Shown piece by piece: positions 26,469-36,873 of a DNA stretch of 64,000 nt. The notes below the pieces were generated by a model. That model made no database searches, had not been told where the DNA came from, and saw nothing but the letters and a program-made list of their open reading frames with translations. Position 1 is the first letter of the stretch. Every line of letters begins with the position of its first letter. Source of the DNA: Leptolyngbyaceae cyanobacterium (GTDB lineage: Bacteria > Cyanobacteriota > Cyanobacteriia > Phormidesmidales > Phormidesmidaceae); assembly GCA_965263355.1 (NCBI GenBank), contig CBDHHL010000045.1, positions 1 through 64,000 of the forward strand. The letters are read 5' to 3'. A program made the translations under genes and the position numbers.

Positions 26469-29400
26469 TGGTTCAAGCTGGTTCGGTTGAATTCGCAGTT
26501 GAATTTTCGGAGTCGAGTATTACGGCTGCGATCGCTGACTTGCGGACACGGTTCAACCGGGTTGATGACCTTGCTATTGATGTCAGGCTGAATGATGAGA
26601 CTGTTATTCGTGGCATTAGCGACATTAGACAGCAGCTTAGTAATGCTGATAATGTTCGGCTGGATGTTAATCTTGACGATTCAATTACTAGAGAGATAAC
26701 CCAGCTTAGACAACAGCTAGAAGCTATCAACAGAACTCAGGCAAGTGTTGACTTTGGGCGTAGTGCTGCTCAGGCTGACGCGATCGCTCAGTCACTGACT
26801 CAGCTAAGAGCCCAATCAAATATTCCAGTAACTGTCAATACGAATGCTGCCCAGCGTAATGTTCAGGAGTTAAGGCGTGGGTTTGCAACGGTTCAACAGG
26901 CTGTTGATGGATTGAGTCGTGAGAGGATCAACCTAGAAGTTAATGCTCGAAATATTCAAAATCAGATTGCGGCGGTTGATGCCAGAATTCAACAACTGCG
27001 TGACAAAGAGATTCAGATTCGAGCAAATTCTAGAGCAGCTGAAGCAACAATTCGAAATTTAGACGCTCAAGTTACTGAACTTCAGCGTAATCGTTCTGAT
27101 ATTCAGCTAAAGATTGATGCTCGCACTGAAGAAATAAATACTATCGAGCAAACGATAGAACGGCTCAGAAATACTCGAATAAATTTAGAGCTAAACCCAT
27201 CCACTAGTAACCAAGCACTTAATTTGTTGGATCAGCGAATCCAGCAATTAAGCAATGAGCGAATTAAGCTAGAAACCGATAGCACGTTACAGAATCAAAT
27301 TCTGCAGATAGAAGATAGGATCGGCAGAATTCAATCACGACGACTTCGGCTAGAGGCTGATACACGCCAAGCTGAACCACGCATTAGGCAGATTCAGACT
27401 CAGCTCGGCACGCTTGACGATAAACGAGTTCGATTAAATGTCGATGCCGACAACGCAACTGAACAGATTCGCACTCTCGATAGACGGTTAGAGGCATTAG
27501 GGGGCGGGAACGCTAGGCAGGCATTACGGCAAATTAACAGGGAATTAAGACAATTAAGTTCTCCCACAATATCGCCCAATCTAGATCTTAGTGGCATCCG
27601 GAATAGTAGCGGAATTGTTCAAGGAATTTTCCAGGGGATTGGCCAAAGAGTTTTTGATACTCTAGCTAACGCTATTGGAGGGGGCATCAGAGCAGGGCTT
27701 TCAACTGTTCAAAATGCAGTTGGCTTTGAGCAGGCATTAGTTACGTTTAGCGCTCGTGCGGGTGGAGCTGAGGAAGCGATCGCGGCAGTTACTGAAGAAT
27801 CTAGACGATTAGGAATTGAAACCAGTAAAACACCTGAAGAAGTGGCGCGCATCGCTACTCGAATGGTCGAATTAGGCGGTGAAGTCACTGAAGTTGGGGA
27901 TAATGTTGCAGGCGTTGTAGCTGCACTAGAAGGAACTGGTTTTACTAATATTGATGCGACCGCTAAAGCTATTCAGGCGGGAACAAATATTTTTAACGAG
28001 TCTGCCGATGCTTTGGCCGATAAAATCACGCTACTTGCCAATACAACAGCAGTTACATCAGCTGAAGGCATTTTGCAGGCATTTGGTAAAGCGGGCGGTT
28101 CGTTTGTCGATGCTGATGTTAGCGCGTCAACATTATTGGCAACATTTGCTAAATTCTCCGAGACAGCCACTCCTGAAGTGGCCGCGACTGCAACCAGGAA
28201 CGCCCTGGATGGTTTAAGAGGTAGGACTGATACAGCACGGGATGCCTTAGATAAGCTGAACGTTTCATTCTTTGATAATCAAGGTCCGACCGCATTTACA
28301 GATACATTAATAGATCTTAGGGATGCACTTGAACCGCTAAGTGAAGAAGATCGATTTACAGCTTTACAAGATATTTTTGGCGGCAGAAGTGCTTCACAGA
28401 TAGGATTGTTATTGCAAGGTTTAGACGATGTAATCGCAAAAACCGATGAGCTTGAACAGGGCTTCGGTGCGTCCGGTGAAGCTGCGGACAATCTAAATCA
28501 GGGCGTTGCTGCGGCGGTTAATCGATTGCAAGGAACCCTGACCACTGCGGGAACCGATCTTGGTTTGGCACTGACACCAGGTATAGAGGCGGGCGTTAGA
28601 ACATTGACCGCGTCAATTAATGCTGCCATTGAAGACGGTGATGCTTTTGGGGACACAGCGGCCTCGGTTGAAGCATTATTGGAGGCTGTTGACGGTTCTG
28701 AGGTTGTTGATGTTTTATCAGCTAGCCTTCGTAGCTTGTTTGATTCAGTTGATGCGGGGGCAGCCAGCCTGATTGATTCGCTATCTAATATATTGAGTGA
28801 TCCTGAAAATCTTGATAGATTTGGTCAATCAATTGAAAATCTTGGAACTGTCCTGGGTGGGACTTTAAGAATTGCGGGCGTTGCTGCTGAGGCGTTTACT
28901 GTACTATCAGCTGCATATTCTGACACGATAGGTGATGGCCCAGCTGAGGCAATTGGGCAATTTTCATTAATTCTTGAAGGGATTGTCCCGGTTGCAACTC
29001 AAGTTAGAGATTCAATATCCGGTTTAGTAAATCCGGTCACTGAATTTTTAGATCGCTTTTCCTTGGTTGGTGATTTAATAAATCAGTTTGGCACCTTAGG
29101 CCCAGCTATTGGCGCGATAGGTCTAGCCTTTACCGGGGTTACTAATACAGTTCAATTATTGCGGGAACAGTTAGGGTTTTTAACAGCTGAGGCAGTTCAA
29201 CCAGCTGTAATCACTGATGCTGGTGCTGAGGGCGTCCAGGCGTTAGTGAATGCCGGAAGTAGATTGTCTTCTAATGCTGGCCAAAATAGCAGAGAGGAAC
29301 AGTTGGCAGCAGCCCAAGCATTAGCTGGCCAGTTGGGAGATATTGAAGCCAATGGCGTTGAATTATCTGAACGGAGAAAAGAACAGCTTAGAGAAGAATC

Positions 29401-30940
29401 GTTGCAGGCATTAGAGGATACTCAGTCTGCTGCCCTGGCAAGATTAGCAGCTCAAGAAGCTGAACAGATTAATGATATTCGTCAAGCTCAATTGGCAGCT
29501 GGCCCTGAAGATCCAACAGCCGAAAGTAATGCAGATTCGGCTATTCGTGATATTCAAGCTGACTTTGCCCAGCAACGAATCCAGATTGCTCAAGATGAAA
29601 TCGATCAAATCAATCAACTAAGAGCCGATGGCATTATTACAGCTGAGGAAGCTGAGCAACGGTTGGTCACTGCTAAACAGGAGTCTGCCGAATTGTCAGT
29701 GCAGGCGATTGAGCAGCAGATCGCAGCTGAACAAGCCGCTGCTGATGCTGTTAGAGAACGGATTGAAGAAGAGCTATCAGCCAGAGAGCGGTTAAATGCC
29801 CTGGCATCCGAACAAACAAATTTGCAGTTTGAGGTTGATAATTCTGGTTTAGAAAATCAATTATCAATATCCCAGGCTTTAGCTAATGTTGATGCTGCGA
29901 GAATTGATTCAGCGGGTCAATTAATTAGTGCTCAATTGGCTCAAGCAGAGGCAACTGAAAACTTTGCAGCAGTTGAGGAAGCCAGAGATCGGCTATTACT
30001 TAATCAGTTGCAATCAATCCGAGCAGGTACCCAAGCCCAACAGCAACAGATTGCTATCCAACGGCAAATAGTAACGCTTGATGGTCAGAGACAAATAACG
30101 TTAGCTCAGATTGCCCGTGATGAAGCCCAGATTGCAGTAGATAGAGCCCGTTCGAGCCAGGGAATATCGACAGAGGAGCTTAATGGGCTTCAATCGATTG
30201 TTGAACTTAGGGCGCAAGGAATTGAATCTGCTAGGGCAAATTTAGATGTTCAACTGAGCATTTTAGACGCTCAAGAAGAAGAACAAAGCATCTTAGCTGA
30301 AACCGCTGAAGCTGAGGCAATCAGAGAGCGGAGATTGGAGGGCATTGAATCATTAATTGAACGCCAAACTGATTTACTAGACGAGCAAAAAGACTTAGAA
30401 AGTGATATTGCCGATGAAACGGAACGACGGCAGAGTGCTATTGATTCGATTGTTTCGTCATTAAGCGGCCTAGAAGATGTCGGCGCTGAGCAGGCATTAG
30501 AAGACTTGAACCAGCTTGAAGATAATTTACGTTCAGCCAGACGAGCAGGCGCAATTGATAGTGAAACTGCGTCACAGTTGCAGTCAGGAATTAATCAGGC
30601 CCAGCGGCTAGCACGTTCCGGCGACGGATTTACAGTAGAGGAAGCTTTTAATTTTTCAGATAGCCAAAATCCATTTGCTCAAAGCATTTTGGATAGTTTA
30701 GGGTTTGGTGGAGTTAATGCATTCGCTGAAGCTCAGCAAGAAATTTTATTGGCCGATACTCAGATAGAACAGCTGACAACCAAGTTAGAGGAAGTTAGAG
30801 ACGCTGTTGCTGCTTTGCCTGAGAACATCCCGACCGGCATAGAAAATCTAACCGTATCGACTCCTGACCCGATCGCTGATGCCGCCCAAATTACAGCCGA
30901 TCTAACCCGGCAACAACAGATTGCGGAGGGAGTTATCTAA
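26468..30940 (+). CDS. Tape measure protein
   Basis: 1490 aa, Ala/Gln/Glu-rich helical; TP901-type core (FEQAL...LGIETSKT...LQDIFG). Confidence 0.9.
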   Translation: MVQAGSVEFAVEFSESSITAAIADLRTRFNRVDDLAIDVRLNDETVIRGISDIRQQLSNADNVRLDVNLDDSITREITQLRQQLEAINRTQASVDFGRSAAQADAIAQSLTQLRAQSNIPVTVNTNAAQRNVQELRRGFATVQQAVDGLSRERINLEVNARNIQNQIAAVDARIQQLRDKEIQIRANSRAAEATIRNLDAQVTELQRNRSDIQLKIDARTEEINTIEQTIERLRNTRINLELNPSTSNQALNLLDQRIQQLSNERIKLETDSTLQNQILQIEDRIGRIQSRRLRLEADTRQAEPRIRQIQTQLGTLDDKRVRLNVDADNATEQIRTLDRRLEALGGGNARQALRQINRELRQLSSPTISPNLDLSGIRNSSGIVQGIFQGIGQRVFDTLANAIGGGIRAGLSTVQNAVGFEQALVTFSARAGGAEEAIAAVTEESRRLGIETSKTPEEVARIATRMVELGGEVTEVGDNVAGVVAALEGTGFTNIDATAKAIQAGTNIFNESADALADKITLLANTTAVTSAEGILQAFGKAGGSFVDADVSASTLLATFAKFSETATPEVAATATRNALDGLRGRTDTARDALDKLNVSFFDNQGPTAFTDTLIDLRDALEPLSEEDRFTALQDIFGGRSASQIGLLLQGLDDVIAKTDELEQGFGASGEAADNLNQGVAAAVNRLQGTLTTAGTDLGLALTPGIEAGVRTLTASINAAIEDGDAFGDTAASVEALLEAVDGSEVVDVLSASLRSLFDSVDAGAASLIDSLSNILSDPENLDRFGQSIENLGTVLGGTLRIAGVAAEAFTVLSAAYSDTIGDGPAEAIGQFSLILEGIVPVATQVRDSISGLVNPVTEFLDRFSLVGDLINQFGTLGPAIGAIGLAFTGVTNTVQLLREQLGFLTAEAVQPAVITDAGAEGVQALVNAGSRLSSNAGQNSREEQLAAAQALAGQLGDIEANGVELSERRKEQLREESLQALEDTQSAALARLAAQEAEQINDIRQAQLAAGPEDPTAESNADSAIRDIQADFAQQRIQIAQDEIDQINQLRADGIITAEEAEQRLVTAKQESAELSVQAIEQQIAAEQAAADAVRERIEEELSARERLNALASEQTNLQFEVDNSGLENQLSISQALANVDAARIDSAGQLISAQLAQAEATENFAAVEEARDRLLLNQLQSIRAGTQAQQQQIAIQRQIVTLDGQRQITLAQIARDEAQIAVDRARSSQGISTEELNGLQSIVELRAQGIESARANLDVQLSILDAQEEEQSILAETAEAEAIRERRLEGIESLIERQTDLLDEQKDLESDIADETERRQSAIDSIVSSLSGLEDVGAEQALEDLNQLEDNLRSARRAGAIDSETASQLQSGINQAQRLARSGDGFTVEEAFNFSDSQNPFAQSILDSLGFGGVNAFAEAQQEILLADTQIEQLTTKLEEVRDAVAALPENIPTGIENLTVSTPDPIADAAQITADLTRQQQIAEGVI

Positions 30941-31431
30941 TGGCCCTGCCTACCACTACAGAACGGGGAATCGTTCTAAATCATGCCGATTACAGCCTAG
31001 CTATCACTTTGTTTGGCCGTTACCCTGGTCAGTTCCCACGGGTTGATGGTCGTTATAAAGGGATTGTTCGTAGTAAACGGGGGGCAGCAGCTAGGACGGG
31101 GGCTTTAACTAGATTTGCTATTTGGAATTTTGTTGGTTGCCTAACCCTTGACCAGCAAGAAATTTTAATTCGAATGGAAGCTGCTTATTGGGGCAACCCT
31201 AGCCCATGGGTCATCTATGACTATACAAATTACTGGGCTGAGAATGGGACGACGAACACCAGAGCGATCGCACCCAATAGCACAGTAGCAGCTGACGCTA
31301 ATACAATTTGCTACTATCCCCAATGGCAAGCTGAACCAACAAACCAACGAGGGTTTGAATACAGTGAGAAAGCTGATGGGGTTCGTGTAGCTCAGTTTCA
31401 GTTCACAGAATCGGGGGTTATCGTGGCATGA
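30940..31431 (+). CDS. Putative distal tail protein
   Basis: 163 aa directly after the tape measure; ends QFQFTE. Confidence 0.5.
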   Translation: MALPTTTERGIVLNHADYSLAITLFGRYPGQFPRVDGRYKGIVRSKRGAAARTGALTRFAIWNFVGCLTLDQQEILIRMEAAYWGNPSPWVIYDYTNYWAENGTTNTRAIAPNSTVAADANTICYYPQWQAEPTNQRGFEYSEKADGVRVAQFQFTESGVIVA

Positions 31432-34076
31432 CCTCTTTCACTATTGACGCTCAAGATAGGGACTGGACAGCAAGCCTCGAAATTTTAGACGCTAATCGGG
31501 CTGTAATCAGTGGCCCGCATGATATTTCTGACGCTTTGATTAGCGTCGATATTGACTTTTCCGAACTGAGATCGGGAAATAGGCTAAACGGTTGGCTGGC
31601 ATGGGAAGGCAGTATTGTATTAAGCCCAGAATTAAGCACAACAGTTAGTCTTGATAACCGCGATACTGCCTCTAACCCGTCGGGGGCTGAAGTGTTGGCC
31701 ATGGGAAACCGGATTACACTGAGCATGTGGACGGGGGCAGCTTTTGAAAGATTTTGGCCACCGTTTTATATCTTGAGGGAAGCATCCCCTAGGATAGAAA
31801 TTCCCACAAGTGAATCCCAAGCCCAGATTACGATTGACTTAGGGGATCTTGGGAAATCACTAGACTTATTTACCCCAGAGAATAATTATTCAGGAATTAC
31901 CCAGGGAACAACCACAACGCCCACAACGTTAATTCGTAATATCGCGACTCAGATAGGCATCCCAACATCGTCAGATACGATCGCGGGCGGTTATTCAGTC
32001 AATACAGCTGTCCAGAAAAAATCTACCCGGTCAACAGTGCGTGAGATTGGGGAAATAGCAGCAGCTCAAAAGTATGTTGTTTGGCTTGATGCTGCTGAAG
32101 AATTAAAACTTACTTCAGCTGACTTTACACTCAAAACAGCACCAGATTTTAGCCTAACTATCGGCATTGGAGGAGACGAAGTTGGCGAGAACGGATGGGA
32201 ACCCGTCAATCTTGAAGAACGACCGCCGGGGGAATTAACAGTAACGGGCGGTTCCGACCTTGCTCAAGAGATTGAAAATCCTAGCGTAATCGTTCGTACT
32301 GTGCCCGGTCCAGGCTATACGTCTCTGACTAGCACTGAGACTAAAACGATAACGCCAGTCGGGGGCGCGCCTCAGACAGTAATTACATATGAAGAGCGCC
32401 AAGCTGAATTGCAGATACAGCCTAGAGTTCTCACTATGGACAATTCTGGCGTTGTGCCGACGCTGCTGACAGACACCGACAATACGAGCAATGGTCTGCA
32501 GGATTCTGAAGACAGCTCAACCACTCATCGATATAACGGAATCACTAAACGACTGACTGAAACAGTTGAGCTGATTCGTAAAGCACGGGGGCTTAGTGGT
32601 GGCGATGCGTTTAGTGAGGAAGAAAATAGCTCGGCACTGACACTACTTGACAACAGTCGAACGACCACGACCTACACTTACGACAATATTTTAGGCGTAG
32701 TCAGCTCGAGAACTATCACAGAACGTCGGCCATGGTGCCTTTGGGAATGGGGCGAAAAAACACCTGCCAACTATGATTTGAATCGCTTTTTAGAACGTGA
32801 TTATCTAACCCAAACGACCACTTGGACTAGAGTGCTTGACGTTAGCGGAGATCCTGCCATTGAGGCGTGGCGTGTTGAACAAGTTACTCAGCAGCCGAGG
32901 GGCGTAATCTTCAAAAATTACACGGGGGCATTCCCTGAGACCCTGATAATTAACCCTGACCCTGAGCTTACTTTTACCTTGCAGGCCAGTGATGGCTCAA
33001 CTCGGCCACCGGATATCGAGTATCAAGAAAGCATTTACACAGAAGAACACCAAGAATTTACGGGTTCAGTGCAGATTGAACCAGTCTCAGGGAATGCCCA
33101 TAAATGGAAAGAGGGAACAATCCGGGTTAATGCTGACGTTATTGTGAGCGATCGCCAGTGCAATGACCTAGCAGAATGGGCGGCAAAATGGCAGCACGGG
33201 TTAAGCCTGGGTCGTTCATTTATTGGAGCAATCCCGACAGAATTATTCACTGTGTTTGACCCGGTATCGAGGGTTGATGTGAATGTTGATGGAAATATTG
33301 AAGCTTACTTTTTGAACGGGTTTAGCATCTCGTCAAATTTAACTGAGACTCTATTTGGATGCAATTTTGGGTTAATTGGCGAAGTTGGGGCAACGCCGGA
33401 TGTGGTGGCCCCTCCAATAGAAATATCAGTCCCGATTAATATCACTGAAGACTTGCCAGCGATTCAAGATAATCCGGTTGCGGCTGTAGATAGTGGTGTT
33501 GCTAGTAATGCAGAAGAATTGCCAGCAATTGAAGATAATCCGGTCGCTACAAGCACGGCACCAACACCGGTTAGCAACGATGAAGACTTACCAGCAATTC
33601 AAGATAATCCAGTCGCTGTTGATAATTCACCTATCTCGGTTAGCAACAATGAAGATTTACCAGCAATTCAAGATAACCCGTCAGTTGCCGAAGCCACAAC
33701 CAACACTGAAAACTTACCAGCAATTCAAGATAACCCAGTTGCTGTCGATGCAAACGCTACAGGCTTAACGGCTATTGCATCAGGCGTATTTACTGACGAT
33801 GGGACGACAATTACTGAGCTGTTCCTAGACGGAGTTAACGCTGGTGGCATTACTAGAGAGGCAACGGGTCGATGGTTGGTTACGTTGGCTACTCCAATGC
33901 CATCAGCTGACTTTATCGCGATCGCGAGCGCCGATCCATCGTCAGGGGTTTCTATTAATTATGCTCATGGCGCTCAATCGATAAGCTCAACAACATTGAG
34001 GGTTTGGCGAGAAGCAAGATCAGGAGTTGGGGCAAATCCAAATATCCAAAAAGTTAGTTTTGCAGTTTGGGGGTAA
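31428..34076 (+). CDS. Tail tip/hub protein with a repeat stalk and C-terminal tip domain
   Basis: 882 aa; hub-like N-terminal part, five EDLPAIQDNP-type repeats and a ~95-aa terminal domain. Confidence 0.65.
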   Translation: MTSFTIDAQDRDWTASLEILDANRAVISGPHDISDALISVDIDFSELRSGNRLNGWLAWEGSIVLSPELSTTVSLDNRDTASNPSGAEVLAMGNRITLSMWTGAAFERFWPPFYILREASPRIEIPTSESQAQITIDLGDLGKSLDLFTPENNYSGITQGTTTTPTTLIRNIATQIGIPTSSDTIAGGYSVNTAVQKKSTRSTVREIGEIAAAQKYVVWLDAAEELKLTSADFTLKTAPDFSLTIGIGGDEVGENGWEPVNLEERPPGELTVTGGSDLAQEIENPSVIVRTVPGPGYTSLTSTETKTITPVGGAPQTVITYEERQAELQIQPRVLTMDNSGVVPTLLTDTDNTSNGLQDSEDSSTTHRYNGITKRLTETVELIRKARGLSGGDAFSEEENSSALTLLDNSRTTTTYTYDNILGVVSSRTITERRPWCLWEWGEKTPANYDLNRFLERDYLTQTTTWTRVLDVSGDPAIEAWRVEQVTQQPRGVIFKNYTGAFPETLIINPDPELTFTLQASDGSTRPPDIEYQESIYTEEHQEFTGSVQIEPVSGNAHKWKEGTIRVNADVIVSDRQCNDLAEWAAKWQHGLSLGRSFIGAIPTELFTVFDPVSRVDVNVDGNIEAYFLNGFSISSNLTETLFGCNFGLIGEVGATPDVVAPPIEISVPINITEDLPAIQDNPVAAVDSGVASNAEELPAIEDNPVATSTAPTPVSNDEDLPAIQDNPVAVDNSPISVSNNEDLPAIQDNPSVAEATTNTENLPAIQDNPVAVDANATGLTAIASGVFTDDGTTITELFLDGVNAGGITREATGRWLVTLATPMPSADFIAIASADPSSGVSINYAHGAQSISSTTLRVWREARSGVGANPNIQKVSFAVWG
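33440..33750 (+). repeat. Five intragenic repeats of about N-x-E-D-L-P-A-I-Q-D-N-P
   Basis: ccagc(a/g)att(c/g)aagataa recurs five times. Confidence 0.85.
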
Positions 34077-34379
34077 TTGTGGCGACAACAGCAGTAGCAT
34101 CATGCGTATTTACTGACGATGGAACGACCATCACTGAACTTTTCCTAAATGGCATCAGTTCAGGGGGCATCGTGAGGGAAGCGACAGGCCGATGGTTAAT
34201 CACTTTAGATTCAGCTCAAGCATCAGCTGATTATCCGTGCTTTGCTAATGCGGATCCATCGTCAGGGGTTTCGTTAAACTATGCTCATGGCGCTCAATCG
34301 ATAAGTTCAACAACATTTCGAGTTTGGCGAGAGTCTAGCGGGGGTGCAGGAGCAGACCCAAACATCCAAAAAGTTAGTT
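33777..34379 (+). repeat. Tandem ~280-bp duplication (33777-34059 and 34097-34379)
   Basis: Shared blocks such as gcgtatttactgacgatgg, gatccatcgtcaggggtttc and tatgctcatggcgctcaatcgataag at a 320-bp offset. Confidence 0.9.
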
Positions 34380-34396
34380 GTATAGTTTTAGGTTAA
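34067..34396 (+). CDS. Stand-alone paralogue of the tail tip domain
   Basis: Closely similar to the last ~95 aa of 31428-34076. Confidence 0.75.
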   Translation: MGVIVATTAVASCVFTDDGTTITELFLNGISSGGIVREATGRWLITLDSAQASADYPCFANADPSSGVSLNYAHGAQSISSTTFRVWRESSGGAGADPNIQKVSCIVLG

Positions 34397-34399
34397 GTC

Positions 34400-34771
34400 A
34401 TGCCAACTTCAACAATTGATACAGATACTCGAAACGCTGCATTACAAGCAGCAAACACTGAGCTAAATGACGGTGGGGGCGCTAACTCCACTTACGAATA
34501 CGGGACCACTGGCTTTGGCACTGTGCTTGTAGTTTGGAATCTGGATGGAACGAACCCATTTACTACAGCTGGCAGCACAACAGCCGGAACAGCCGAATTA
34601 ACAGGGCAGCCGATTAGTGCGACAGCATCAGCCACTGGGACAGCTGCTGAGTATAGAATTAAAGATAAAGATGGAACCGTAAGAAGATCAGGCACTTTAG
34701 ACGCTACCCAATCAATTACTAGTGGGATTAATTATCTCCTTTCTGCTACGTCTGTAATGCCAGCTAGTTAG
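34400..34771 (+). CDS. Putative small tail structural protein
   Basis: RNAAL...ASATGTAAEYRIKD pattern seen in phage tail proteins. Confidence 0.5.
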   Translation: MPTSTIDTDTRNAALQAANTELNDGGGANSTYEYGTTGFGTVLVVWNLDGTNPFTTAGSTTAGTAELTGQPISATASATGTAAEYRIKDKDGTVRRSGTLDATQSITSGINYLLSATSVMPAS

Positions 34772-34773
34772 CC

Positions 34774-35766
34774 ATGACCGTCCTAACCCAAAGATTAGCC
34801 AGCAAAAATAAACAGCGCACGACTCAACGCATTCAATCTCAAATGGTTGAAGCAAGAATCGGTGCTGCAACTATTACTGGCACGGTGTCGGGTAGCAGCG
34901 CTGAAGGAATCACACTTAGAACAGAATCAGGTGGTTCTCTCACAGTTCCTAGGTCTACTGTTCAAAAACTTTCACGGCAACCAGCGATCGGGCAGTCTCG
35001 GCAGTTATCGACCGGGGGGCAGCTAGAACTATTAGGCAGCAGTACGGAAACGGTTAACCAGCCTGTCAGTCAAACTCAACCGCAAGTCAGATATCCTCTC
35101 AGGCCGCCTACTCAGGGCAGTGATTTGGGGGCCAACGGTGACTTGTGGCTTGAGCAAACTGGCATTCAGGGCAACTTTAACGAAGCTAATGCTTATGTTT
35201 GGATACAAAAAATTGGCCAGTTTGTAAAGCTGGCTTCCGGCGGAGTAGTTGTCGCATTTGAACCCAATGGCCCGATCTCGTCAGGAACAGTCAATGGCCA
35301 GCTGCACTACAACACGACTGATAATTCTTTATCTATTTACGACCAAGCTGCTGATGTGTGGCGGACTATTAGTAGTGGCGGCGGCGCAACTATTAACTAT
35401 GTTGCAGGGGCACCCCCTACGCCAGCTCCACCAGGCACTGTTAATGGGGAAGGGCATCACGATACTGTGGTTGATCGCTTGTGGACGTATGATCTAGCTA
35501 ATACGACCTGGCGGGCTTCCGGTTCAAAAACCTTCTTCCAGGGTGTTCCGTCATCTGATCCGAACTCTTTTATTAGGGGAGATCGCGTTACTACTTATGA
35601 GGTCGTGGGAGGTGTTACGTCTCCCTGTGACTATATTTGGTCGGAAACACAATCAGATTGGTTGTTAGTGTCTTGTTGTCCGAATTGTCCGGATGACTTC
35701 TTTAATAGTCGATGCGACGATGACGAAGGTTCTGACGGCGGCAGTTGCACTCCACTTCCACCATAA
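34774..35766 (+). CDS. Putative tail fibre/spike protein
   Basis: Repeated P..G..NG.L.Y.T...L..YD....W modules; Cys-rich C-terminus. Confidence 0.55.
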   Translation: MTVLTQRLASKNKQRTTQRIQSQMVEARIGAATITGTVSGSSAEGITLRTESGGSLTVPRSTVQKLSRQPAIGQSRQLSTGGQLELLGSSTETVNQPVSQTQPQVRYPLRPPTQGSDLGANGDLWLEQTGIQGNFNEANAYVWIQKIGQFVKLASGGVVVAFEPNGPISSGTVNGQLHYNTTDNSLSIYDQAADVWRTISSGGGATINYVAGAPPTPAPPGTVNGEGHHDTVVDRLWTYDLANTTWRASGSKTFFQGVPSSDPNSFIRGDRVTTYEVVGGVTSPCDYIWSETQSDWLLVSCCPNCPDDFFNSRCDDDEGSDGGSCTPLPP

Positions 35767-35770
35767 TCTT

Positions 35771-36670
35771 ATGCAAATTTATTCTCAATTTCCTTCTGAC
35801 AAAACAATAACTCAACAAGTAATCAGAAACAACGGCATCCAGCCTGTAATCTCTGCTGATCTCAGAAAGATCTATGGCCTTTCAATCGTTGCTGATGTTG
35901 GCGCTTTTGGCACTAATCCAGACTTCAGTGAGTTGGACAAACAACTTGACCAGGCTACGGGCTTAGACGTTCATATTCACCCAATTGTCTGTCGCTATCC
36001 TGAGCTAAAAGGCCGCGACTCGTTAACATTAAAAGGACATGTTAACAATCTAGCCCGCCCAATCGTTAATCACTGTGTCAGTCGAGGGCTCAGAAAAATA
36101 ACCTTGGCAGGCGAGCTAACCCTATGTGGTGACACCGATCTTTGGGCAGAGATAGTTGATTTTTATAAGTTAATCCATGCGGAATATCCAGAGCTGGAAC
36201 TTTGGATTTCATCGCATAGAATCCGTCAGCAAGGCGATCGCGATGGGATCGTAACCCGGCTCGAAGATTTGCAGGGCATCGTATCAGGATTTATCGGAGC
36301 TGATTATATTAGCCTGTATCAGGCAAAATCTGAGATTCCTAAGCAGGTTGGCCCTGTGCAATGGATGAAGATATCAGCCATGGGAACAGTTTCTCTAATG
36401 CGACTAAACTATCTCCCCCCATTCTGGCGAGAGCTTCAATGGTCTGGGTTCAAGGTTGCGCTTGAAACGTCAGTGCTGTCTACAGTGGACCTGCCAATTG
36501 TCAGAAAAGCGCAAACACAGATATATAAAGAGATCAGCGCCAAATGTGAACATCATGGCGCTGATTTATGGTTGTGGAATGCTTGTGAACAAAGTTCCCG
36601 AGACCACCAGGGCAACCATAGCTACTCTGGCGTTTGGGACGAGACTGGGGGCATGCGGTTGAGTATTTAA
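35771..36670 (+). CDS. Possible degenerate glycoside hydrolase (GH10/clan A-like barrel)
   Basis: DFSELDKQL...GLDVHIHPIV resembles the GH10 N-terminal barrel; GE in place of NE; C-terminal WLW and GVWD. Confidence 0.35.
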   Translation: MQIYSQFPSDKTITQQVIRNNGIQPVISADLRKIYGLSIVADVGAFGTNPDFSELDKQLDQATGLDVHIHPIVCRYPELKGRDSLTLKGHVNNLARPIVNHCVSRGLRKITLAGELTLCGDTDLWAEIVDFYKLIHAEYPELELWISSHRIRQQGDRDGIVTRLEDLQGIVSGFIGADYISLYQAKSEIPKQVGPVQWMKISAMGTVSLMRLNYLPPFWRELQWSGFKVALETSVLSTVDLPIVRKAQTQIYKEISAKCEHHGADLWLWNACEQSSRDHQGNHSYSGVWDETGGMRLSI

Positions 36671-36873
36671 ATCAAAACTCTTAAATGCTTTCCCGTTGGC
36701 TTTCCGCTTTTCAGTGCTGCCTCAGGGAACTCTGGCAACGGCATTTCATCAGGGGACTGAAACACGCCTTTTCGATATCTGCCGAGATATTCTCCTGTTT
36801 CAGGATCAAACTGATAGCCCAGCTTACGAGCTAATTCGTGCCGTTCTTTTGGAATGTCTGAAAGATTCGCCAT
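36667..36873 (-). CDS. Hypothetical protein
   Basis: 68-aa ORF overlapping the end of the ligase-like gene. Confidence 0.4.
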   Translation of the reverse strand: MANLSDIPKERHELARKLGYQFDPETGEYLGRYRKGVFQSPDEMPLPEFPEAALKSGKPTGKHLRVLI

